Part shown: one piece after another, positions 1 to 9,162 of the stretch
Numbering within the stretch: position 1 is the first letter of the stretch
How the letters are laid out: the number at the start of each line of letters is the position of its first letter
Assembly: GCA_000388065.2 (NCBI GenBank)
Contig: KB932202.1
From: Fonticula alba ATCC 38817
Taxonomy: Eukaryota; Protista; Nucleariida
DNA: 14,196 nucleotides
Strand: one strand, 5' to 3'
Made by a program: the position numbers and the translations under genes
Notes under the pieces: model-generated
What the model saw: the letters and a program-made list of their open reading frames with translations, nothing else
Databases searched by the model: none
Told to the model about the DNA's origin: nothing

Positions 1-305
1 GAGCCGGGTTACCCCGTTTTCCCTCCCCCCCCCCCTCTTCCCCTCCCCCCACTGTCGGCCCCCGTTGCCTCCTCCTCCCTCCCCTTTTACCACATCTATC
101 CCCCTTCCCTTCTCCCTTCTCCGCACCAGCCCTCCCCCTGGTTCTGGTCTCTCCTCCCCTTCTCTCCTCACTTCGCCTCCCCGCCATTCCCCCTTGCCCC
201 CCCTGGACCCTCTGCCCTCTTCTTGCAGCCATCTCACGCCTCCTCCCCTCCTCCCCCTCCGCCCTCCCCCTCCCTCTCTTTCCCCCCCTGCTCTCCCCTC
301 TCCAG

Positions 306-574
306 GGTTCACCCCCTCCTTCGTTTCTGCTTTGTTGCCTTCATCCATCCCGCTGGTGCCGCATCCTGCCGGCAACCAGGCATACACCATTCAGGCCCCA
401 CAGCCCCTCCCCACCTCCTCCTTCCCCCCACCGGGGGCATACTCCCACCCGGGTCTCTTCTCGGCCAAGCCGCCCGAGTACAATGACCGGGACCTCGGCA
501 CCCTGGAGTACCTTTGCCATCGGGCGGCCTCGCTCTGGGTGGCTCCCTCGCACAACCCGTCCATCCCGGATTCC
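306..574 (+). CDS. Probable upstream coding exon of the TRF-like gene (alternatively the last exon, 306-616, of a separate gene)
   Basis: Follows a long pyrimidine tract and acceptor TCCAG (304-305). Codons are strongly GC3-biased (PEYNDRDLGTLEYLCHRAASLWVAPSHNPSIPDS). A consensus donor GTGCGC lies at 575. There is no in-frame Met, so the start lies upstream. TLEYLC resembles TRF1 TRFH helix 1 (MLDFLC, recalled). Confidence 0.55.
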
Positions 575-919
575 GTGCGCCTGCTGAAGGACCAGCCTTC
601 CCGAGTTCAGCCTTAATGAGAGAAAAGTGCAAGGACGTGGGATCTTCGCGACAACACTTTCTTTCTATTTCCTAGGAAACGCACTGCAGGACGCACACCC
701 CCAACGCCCCCCCCCCCCACCCCCCCTTTTTTTCTACCCCATTCTTTTTTTGTGGCCCCCTTCCGGGTGCCCCTTCCCCCCCCCCCCCCCCCCCCCCCGG
801 CCGAGCCCTCCTACATCTGCCTTCCCTCCGGCTTTCTTTTCCTTTCTCTCTCTCCCCCCCCTCCCCCTCTCTTCTCACCCCCGGCGCCATCATCACCACC
901 CTCCTTGGTCTCCTCGCAG

Positions 920-2775
920 CCTTCATGCTCGCCAGTGATGTCAACAGCACTCTCCTCGAGTCCACGCAGCCGGGCTTGTCTCGCCGCATCCGGGCCCTCG
1001 AGTCTCTGGACGCATTGAGCCGCGCACGCAAGGGGATTGGCTATTGGTCTTTTGCCCACCTGCTGAGCGCCCTGCGCACCATCGTCAACGAGATCCACCT
1101 ATCCAGCATTTTCTACAATCCCCAGTTTGTCTTCAATGAGCAGTCCAACTTGGCCATGATGCTGGCCAGCCTGGCCATCCAGGTATCCCCCTCTCGCTCC
1201 CCCCCCCCCCCCCCCCCCATGCCCCTCTCCCTCCATCTCCTTCCACCTTCCTTTGTGGCCTCCGCTCACCGACTCTCTCCCTCTCGCCGCCCCCTCGTGC
1301 CCCCTCCTTCACAGACCTTCCTCAGCGTGGCTACGCCCGACATCGATCCGCCCACCCTGCAGCAGCTCCTGGCACAGTCCATGCACGATGTGCGCGGGCT
1401 CTTCCCTCGGGTGGTGGACCCCTTGCTGATTTTCATCTCCGGCAGCCTGGAGCATGCCTCCGTCACCAAGACCATGCCGGCGGCCATTGTCAAGCTCCAG
1501 TCGGAATTCCTGGACTACAATGCCTTCGAGATGGCCTGTCTCTTCATGCGCGAGGTCCTGGTGGAGATCACCAACAAGGATCCGATGTCGCTCAGCTACA
1601 AGCCGGCCGACATGCATGGGCCTCCGCCCGGGCCCCCTGGCCCGCCACTGCCAGCCATGGGTGAGTCGTTGCCCATGCCGCCGTCGGCTTCCATGGTCGC
1701 CGGTGGGGTGGCCACCTCGCCGGGAGGCGTGGCCGGTGCCTTTGCCGGGTCACCGCCTTCCTTCGCGCCGGTTCTGCCAGCCCCACAGGCGGCTGCCGTG
1801 CCGCCCCCCCCGCCGCCCCCCCAGCAGGTCCCTCCCCCGCCGATGCCCCTGCCAGATGGTCCAGACGCCCAGAACATGGTCGGATCGTCGCTCATGCGGC
1901 ATCTTCTGTCCAGTTCCAACACGCCCGGCGCCCTGGCCGAGCCATCCTCCTCGCTTCTGTCCTCGACCAAGGCCCTTCGGGATGTCTTCCGTACCGGGCA
2001 CCCGCCGCCTGGTGGTCCGCTGCCTCCGGGGGTGGCTCGCCCGGATGGCAGCCTCTTCCATCGTGATCACTATATCCCGCCGGGGGGTGGCACCGTCGGC
2101 CCGGACGGCGTGGGTGTCCCGCCGGGGGTCCACGGTGGCGACATGTCGGATGTGGGCAGCGGCATGCGCTCGCCCGGGGCAGTGCTCCCTCCGGGCTCGA
2201 CCGGTGGATCTGCCTCCACCTCCTCCCAAGGTGGCTCCAGCCCCACCACCCCCCTCTCGGCGAGCAAGCGCCGGCGCGCGGGCAAGACCCCGGTATCCGG
2301 CGGGACGGCCGCGCGCGGTGGCACCACCTCCGTCAATAGCACCAACAACAGCAGCATTTACTTCAAGGCCGCTCTCAACTCCCTGAGCAGCCCGTCGCAG
2401 GCCACTTCGACCAGCAAGGAGAAGGACAAGGCCAGCTCGCCGGCCCCGCAGCGTCGCACCAATCCCCCCTTCAGCAAGGAGGAGGAGACCAAGCTGGTGG
2501 ATGGCTACCGCCGGTATGGCCCGGCCTGGACCAAGATCCTCAAGGAGTACGACTTCCCCACCTACCGGACAAGCGTCGATCTGAAGGACAAGTTCCGCAA
2601 TCTCTCCAACCGGGGGTATCTTCCGGATGATGTGAAGGCCGCTTACCTGGCTCGGACGGCAGTCGGGACAGCAGGAGCGCAGGCCGCCGCGGCGGCCCTC
2701 ACCTCGCCTGTCGCCACGACCTCAGTTCCCGGAGCGGCCGGCGGTGCTCCTGGCGCTGGTGCTCCCTCCTCGTAA
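920..2775 (+). CDS. TRF-like telomeric repeat-binding factor (telobox Myb domain, putative TRFH-like N-terminal domain); exons 920-1182 and 1315-2775; 5'-partial
   Basis: C-terminal RRTNPPFSKEEETKLVDGYRRYGPAWTKILKEYDFPTYRTSVDLKDKFRNL (2452-2604) matches the TRF1/TRF2/Tbf1 single-Myb telobox pattern (G.R.YG..W.KIL..Y.F..RTSV.LKD[KR]WR). Intron 1183-1314 (GTATCC...ACAG, 132 nt, poly-C, in frame). Upstream acceptor TCGCAG at 918-919. Basic NLS-like KRRRAGK at 2266-2286. Pro/Gly/Ser-rich linker. Stop TAA at 2773-2775. Confidence 0.85.
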
Positions 2776-3785
2776 AGTGGAGCAGTGTGCCGTCTCACTG
2801 TCTCTCTCTCTCTCCCACTCGGTGTCCTCCCCTCCACGGAGGAGGGGGCAGCGGTCGGGGAGAGGCACCGAGCGGCGTTCTGTGTGTCGCGTCTGACCAT
2901 GTCCCTTCTTTCTCTTCCTGCTCTCTTTCCCCTCCCCCCTCCCCCCCCCCACTCTCTCTCTCTCTCTCTCTCTCTCTTCCCGTCCTTGTTCTCCCCAGCT
3001 CCTTCCTCTCTTCTCTTAGACGGGATCTGGCGAGGGAAGTGAAAGGCCGTTCGGGACTGGCCTCAGCCTCTTCTTCCTGCTGCATCCGACTTCAGCCCAC
3101 CTACCTATCTCTCTATCCCTCTCCCCCTACTACTACACACATGGGAGAGGGGAACGGAGTTTTCTCCCCTCTCTCTCCCCTCACATACCTTCCTGCCTCT
3201 GTTATAGCCTGTTCTTGTCCCTCTTCAGGGAAATACACTGTCTTCCAATGCACTGTTTTCTTGCCGCTTTCGCCGCATGGTGTGTGTGTGCGGCCATCTC
3301 CCTACTCATCTTTTTTTCTTCCTCAACAGTTGGTGCCGAATGGGGCGTGGTGAGCCGGGCGAGGCGGCTGCTTACGAGGCGTTGGCACCTGGTCGGGGCA
3401 CATGGACTTGCCTGGACCTGGGCTTGTGTTTCGGGGCGGCGGAAACTGGCAGGGGGCGACCCGATCACTTTTCTCCCAGTCACGCAGTAATGGGCCTCCT
3501 GGCACATATCGCACGTCCGCCCCCTCCCCCTCGAGTGTTGATCGGACCATGGGAGGGGGGACTACTGCTCGAGGACAAGGCCCGAATGGTGAGCCATGTG
3601 TGGGATGGCGAGTCCTTGCTCTCGTTCCCCTCGCTCCCGAGCTGGCCAGTCTTTTTGGGCCCTGCGCTTTTTGTGTCCAGCCATGGAACTAGCCCATTAC
3701 CCCTCCTCCTGCACTTTCTCTGCCAGCCCCTTCTGCAAGCCATCCCCTCGCTTCCCAATACCGCTCCGCCCCCCCCCCCCCCCCC

Positions 3786-3795
3786 NNNNNNNNNN
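3786..3795. other. Assembly gap (10 N) within a poly-C run
   Basis: N characters in the sequence. Confidence 0.99.
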
Positions 3796-3803
3796 CCCCT
3801 ATC

Positions 3804-5901
3804 ATGGCCGACACGAGGCACCTTTTCCTTACTGGCGCCTGTCTGGTGGCCTCCGTGGCCATCAGCTATCTGCTGTTGCGACGGGCCGGTCTGGCCACAG
3901 CTCCCCCGACCACCCCTTCCTGTCCAATGCCGGCTCTGCGGCCGCTGGATGTGGATGACGCCCTTTTCGAGGGTGATCCCTCGGTCCGGGAGATGGTGGC
4001 CACCCTCCGCCGGCGGTCGGATGTTGCCGCGCGAGTGGGCAATACGCGTCTGATTGAGCTGACCTCCCTTAGCCGACTGACCGGCTGCCGAATCTTTGTG
4101 CGCACTCCCCCCTCCCCCCCTCCCCGACACCAACTCACCACTGCTTTGTCCTTTCAAACTCACCTCACCTCCTTTGCTTCTGCTTCTCTCTCCCACCCTA
4201 CCTCTCTCTCTCTCTCTCTCTTTCCACCCGACCCTCCTCGTCTCCGACAGGCCAAGACCGAGTGGGAGAACCCCGGTGGATCGAACAAAGATCGTGTTGC
4301 CCTGGAGATAATCGCCGATGCCCTAGCCACGGGTAAGATCTCTCCTGGGGGGTGCGTGTGACTCTCATACCCTCCCTAATTTCAGTTTCCCTCCCCCCCC
4401 CTCTAATCTCCTCGTTCTCGCCTCGCCCCCCTCCTCCCTCTTGAAGCACCATCTTTGAGGGGACCGCCGGCTCGACTGGTATCTCGCTAGCCATGTTGGC
4501 TCGGCCGCTGGGCATTTCGGCACACATTCTCGTTCCCTCGGACCAAGCCAAAGAGAAGACCGACCTACTGGAGTCCCTCGGGGCGGTGGTCGAGCGCGTG
4601 CCGCCTGTGAGTTTCTCGAACCCCGACCACTTCTGCAAGAAGGCCCAACGCATGGCTAGTGAGCATCCGAAGTACGTGGTGCCTGTTTTGGCTTCCCCCC
4701 TCCTGCGACCCCCTTCTCGTTCTCTTTCTCGTTCTCTTTCTCGTTCTCTTTCTCGTTCTCTTTCTCGTTCTCTTTCTCGTTCTCTCTCTCCCTCTCTTTT
4801 TCTGTCTCTCCCTTCCTCACATGGGTCGCACACTTGGGAATAATCCCCCTTTCTTCCTTTCTCCATTGGTTGCCAATAGTGCCCTTTTCGCCGACCAGTT
4901 TGACAATCTCGCCAACACCCGAGCGCACTACCACAGCACCGGGCTGGAAATTGTGGCACAGCTGCGCGAGCTCGGCATCGACGGGCCCGATGTCTTTGTG
5001 GCAGCCTCCGGCACTGGTGGCACCCTCGCCGGCATTGCGCGGCGGCTGCGTCGAGAGACGGCCAACGCAACGACGATTGTTCTGGCCGATCCGCAGGGTT
5101 CCAGCCTCTTCAACCACGTCGTCAATGGGGTGCTTTACTCCTCGACCGAGGCTGAAGGTCGACGCAAGCGTGTACGTTGGGCATGCGACCTGCCTTGCTC
5201 TCTTGCTCGGTGCCGTCTTCTTGAGTTCTGCTCCCTTGTCTCACTCATCTGAGCATCTATCTCTCCTTCCCCCCCTCTCCCTCTCTCTCTCTCTCTCTCT
5301 CCGTCTCCCCCGTCCCTAACACCCCGCCGCCTCCTATCCACCAGAACCAGGTTGACTCCATCACCGAGGGCGTCGGCATTTCTGGTCGTCTGACCGGAAA
5401 CTTTCGCCTGGCTGACCCGGACGCCGCTCTGCGGGTGTCGGACCAGGAGGCTGTCGATATGTCGCGCTTCTTGAAGCAGCACGAGGACATCTTTGTGGGG
5501 AGTTCCAGCTCGGTAAATGTTTTCGCCACGGTAAAGACCGCCCTCTCACTGGGACCCGGTCATGTGCTGGTGACGCTCCTGTGTGATTCTGGTACGTGGG
5601 CTCCCGGGCGGGGGGGGGGGCTGTCTTTTCCCTGGTTCAGGTCCCTTCGTCGATACTGGCCAGCAGGCAGGTTTCGGTCATCCTAACAGTTACTTTGCTC
5701 GGTATTTGTTTCACCTGCTCTGCCTCAGGCGAACGGCACCGGTCGAAATTCTGGAACCCGGAATTCCTGGCCGCCGAGGGCCTGATGGAGCCGGAGCCGA
5801 CCATGATGCCGGATTTCGCCAATGGCGCACGTCTCCGACCCGCCCGTGGCCGACCTTGGCCGCGGCCGGATCAGCGTGCCTCGGCCCCCGTAATGGCCTG
5901 A
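3804..5901 (+). CDS. MCY1: PLP-dependent cysteine synthase-like protein, MCY1/Cys12 subfamily, N-terminal membrane anchor; exons 3804-4097, 4251-4351, 4447-4671, 4880-5171, 5345-5591, 5729-5901 (443 aa)
   Basis: The spliced product contains VGNTRLI, ENPGGSNKDRVAL (PLP lysine, codon 4287-4289), FEGTAGSTGISLA, DQFDNLAN, ASGTGGTLAG (phosphate loop), LADPQGSSL, RKRNQVDSITEGVG, VGSSS and LCDSGERHRSKFW. All five introns are GT(A/G)CG(T/C)...AG and phase-consistent; total 1332 nt. Hydrophobic LFLTGACLVASVAISYLLL followed by RR at the N-terminus. Confidence 0.9.
4714..4785 (+). repeat. Minisatellite (TTCTCGTTCTCT) x6 in intron 3 of the cysteine synthase-like gene
   Basis: Six consecutive exact 12-nt units starting at 4714, 4726, 4738, 4750, 4762 and 4774. 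Confidence 0.95.
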
Positions 5902-6230
5902 CAGAGCCCTCACATGCGTGCTGCCAGAGGGCCCCAGCTTTCCCACCTTCCCTCTGAGGCCGTACATATATATATACATACACATATAGAATGCATTCGG
6001 TGTGGTGAGTTTCCCCAGACACGGAGGGACGGTGTATTTCGATTGGGGGTGGCACGGGGGTGGAGCATGCGCGGCGGTGGGGACATGAACCTCCGCGCCC
6101 TGCCCCCAAAGGAGCGACCGCACGACACCAGCGCCGGGGGGAGGTGAAACACAAGGACATATAAGGGGGAGGAGGCCCTGGCAGTGGCGAGCTGAGACAC
6201 CGGCAGGCTGACGAGACTGGCGGGAGAGCA

Positions 6231-6354
6231 TCACTGGAAATCTGAGGCATCAATCTCCAGGAAGCCATCCTCGTCCTCGTCATCCGCCACAACAAGCTTT
6301 CGACCGATGAGACTGGAAGGAGGGGCGGAGAAAGTCACGCGGGTGCCATGAAAA

Positions 6355-6408
<54 letters not shown>

Positions 6409-9131
6409 GGCCAGTTGTCAGACCGGGGTCCGAATGTGGGGCGAGAAGGGAGAAGCAGCGCGCGGAGGAGCGACAGAGTGACGCACAGATTCTCATCGGT
6501 TGGTACGCATTCCGAGGAGTCATCCTCGCCGACCCGATACTTGTAAAGGCGACCACAGGCCGTGGCCACATGGAGGACGCGCATGTGCGAGTCGAGGCAC
6601 GCCGCCACGGAGGTCACTGCACCGGTGGACACAGGGAGCCATGGTTAGATATACACAAGACCAAAGAGGAGAATGGGATCCGGGCAGAGGAAGACATACC
6701 TCCAGCAGGCAGGCGAGCGCGTGCAGTCACTCGACCGGACATGATGTATGCCCGGGCGGCCGATGGCAACCAGGAGGCCACGTATCCAAGGACGCCGGAT
6801 GTCGAGGGCGACGGGAAGCTGGCGTGGCAGGTGGCAGCATTGGTTGGACACAGGGGTCGCGGTCAGGGGAGGATTCCATCGGTAGGTGGAAAGGGGGGGG
6901 GGGAAGCCCACAGGGGATTGGCTATACCTCACTTCGGTAGCATGTGGAGTCGCGCCAGTGTGATCGGCAGAGGAGCCGGCTTTGGACGGCGAACCCCCCG
7001 GTCCTGGAGGACCGGTGGGCGAACTGATGGGAGAGGTGCTGGATGCAGCGCCCCCGGCGCCCGCACCACCGGCGGCACCGGTGCCGCCGGTGGGAACTCG
7101 GTAGAGGTGAACTGTTGGCCGCTGGCTGGCGGCAGCGAGCACGTATAGTGCAGGCTCCACGTGGTGGGAGGCAGTCGCCCGGTCGCCAGGACGCCGGGGC
7201 CCCGAGTCAACCGCCGACGTGAAGGAGAATGCAAGATAGCTGAGCCGCGCGGGTCGAGCCCCACGGGCGAAGCGAGCCACCGGCCCCGACGCGCGTTGGC
7301 CCATCTTCGGCAAGTCGTACACCGTGACCGAGGTGGCCTAGAAGGGGCAAATGCCCAGAGAGGGGGAGGGGGACAAGGGTCAGAAGGCAGCAAAGCGGAT
7401 GGGCCGATGTCGACGGGTGTAGACCGGTGTGTCTCGGCCCATGTGCCGTACGTAGTGCGTGGCCACGGCGAGCATGGTGCCACACGGGCTGAATGCGAGG
7501 TTCTCCACGAAGAATGTCCCCTCGTCACAGGGACGATCAGTCAAGGAGCCGCTGCCTGGTCCAGATGTCGGAGCCGACTGGGTGCGCCCTGAGCCGGGGG
7601 CCGTAGCCTGGGCATCGGCCCCGGCGGCGCCGGAGGGGAGACTATCATCCACCGAGAAGGACAGGAGGCTGCGCCCGGTAAGGCCTAATGCCGGCATCAC
7701 GCAGGGGGGGGGGGGGGGGGATGTCAGAGTGCGGACAAGGCCCGTATCACATATGCGCGGAGCTGCGCGCACCATCAGCCACGATGACGCAGCTTCCTCG
7801 GCTGTACGCCAGCAACACCTGAGCCGAGTGGATGTCGACCTCATCAGGGCTCGGATCCGAGGGCTCGCCCTCCGGGCCACGGCGACTCAGCAGGGCAAAG
7901 GCACACGGGGAGGTGAAAGTCCGGTTCTGGTACAGGTGCACAGGCACCGGGCCGGATTCCGGCAAGATGACATCCTCTAGCTCATCCAAATGCACATACA
8001 CCGGGCCGAAGGCCGAGCTCGCAGAGCTGGCCAGCGCCGAGGCATAGGAGAAGCTGATGCTCGGCGAGCTGGCAACGTGGCCATACTCAGCACCGGCGGT
8101 GGGAAGACTGGCCGCACGGGCCGGGGTCCCGCCAGTGCCACCGGGGCCGGCCGGCCCACCGGCGTAGGTTCCATAGCCGGCTGGCCCCGGCGGCGAGGCC
8201 GACTGCCCGGTCCAGGTGGAGCTGCCCGCGGCCGGCGGCTGGCTGCCCGGCTGTTGGGAGGGCATGCCGGCCTTCGAGGCCGCCGGGTCGGGGCCACTGA
8301 AAGTCACCCCTGGCGGTGCAATGGGGAATGTCCTACCGGGGGACACTTGTACATTGACCGGCCGTTGGTGGGGCTGGTTCAGGTCGTAGATAATCAAACG
8401 CGCCATCAGGCAGACGGCCAGGAAATTGCCGCTCAGTTGCAGCGCGCGGATCGGCGTCGGCACTTGAGCCTCATAGACGACGACATCTTTCTGCGGGAGG
8501 ATTCCGCCCCTCCCCCGATGTACACATGCGCATGCGTCCGGAGGGAGGAGGTGCAGCCGGGAGCGGGGCCAGACGGTTAGGCATTGGCGAGGTGGCAAAT
8601 GCGCGGGAGGCCCATTCATGGCCTCGAACATCGAGCGCGCCCTCCCCCTCGGGGCTCCGGATCTTCCGATTGGCATGGAAGCGCACCGACATGTTGTAGA
8701 TATACCACCGGGTGGAGCTCCCGCGGGAGACGAATGCCACCAGCCGTGAGGAGAGGGCCACATGCGCGAGGCCATTCTCAGCGACCTGGCTAATTTCACT
8801 GTCTGTGATCAACGAGGAGCCGGGGAGGGGCAGCGCAAGAGGGTGGTCAGAGGCGGGCGTGAAAAGGACAACCCCGTCGCCAATGGAACAAACCGGGCCT
8901 GCTGGAGTAAGACCGCTGGAAGGGGTCAAGGCTGAAGACCTGCAGCGTGGGAGACGCGCGGTCGGTCGACCAGACGGCGACGGACCTGGTAAAATGACGG
9001 TCAGTGGACTGGGAGGCAGAGGGTGGGGTATGTGTGTGTGTGTGTGTGTGTGTGCAGCGTGCCCTGAGGGCGGAGGAGACGCACTGTCGGTCATGGCTGA
9101 ACGAAGCATGGGTTCTCACTGGGAGTGCCAT
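6231..9131 (-). CDS. ATG18: Atg18/WIPI-family (PROPPIN) WD40 beta-propeller, divergent; exons 9131-9085, 8985-8894, 8802-8687, 8490-7773, 7684-7452, 7337-6928, 6818-6700, 6616-6487, 6312-6231 (648 aa)
   Basis: The spliced product follows PROPPIN blade order: HASFSHDRQSVAV..LQVFSLDPF; LSSRLVAFVS..WYIYNMSKDVVVYEAQVPTPIRALQLSGNFLAVCLMARLIIYDL; LAFSPCGTMLAVATHYATSVTVYDL; ARFARGARPARLSYLAFS; LAAASQRPTVHLY; LHVATACGRLYKY..ECV. Eight GT-AG introns, several with CTAAC/CTGAC branch points, all phase-consistent; total 1947 nt. Start ATG in the context CAACAACATGG. Family assignment is firm; orthology within Atg18/Atg21/Hsv2/WIPI1-4 is not, and the 6927 donor (GTATAG) is the weakest site. Confidence 0.85.
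6357..6407 (+). repeat. Interrupted trinucleotide repeat (CAG)4 CAA (CAG)7 CAA (CAG)3 CAA in the last intron of ATG18
   Basis: 17 triplets read directly; lies within the minus-strand intron 6486-6313. Confidence 0.95.
9031..9054 (+). repeat. (TG)12 microsatellite in ATG18 intron 1
   Basis: Direct reading of the sequence. Confidence 0.9.
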
Positions 9132-9162
9132 GTTGTTGGATTGGCCCGCAGGGGAACACCAC

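Noticed and set aside
925-2775. Track ORF of 616 aa as a complete protein
   Set aside because: It reads through the 132-nt poly-C intron (VSPSRSPPPPPP...SQ), and the gene most likely starts upstream of the window.
3277-4053. 258-aa ORF and other ORFs between the TRF-like and cysteine synthase-like genes
   Set aside because: It runs through an N gap, has no recognisable motifs and shows weak codon bias; likely UTR or intergenic sequence.
5899-6147. Stop read-through of the cysteine synthase-like TGA into an in-frame downstream ORF
   Set aside because: The downstream frame crosses an (AT)n-rich 3' UTR with non-coding codon usage; no SECIS-like or known read-through motif was seen.
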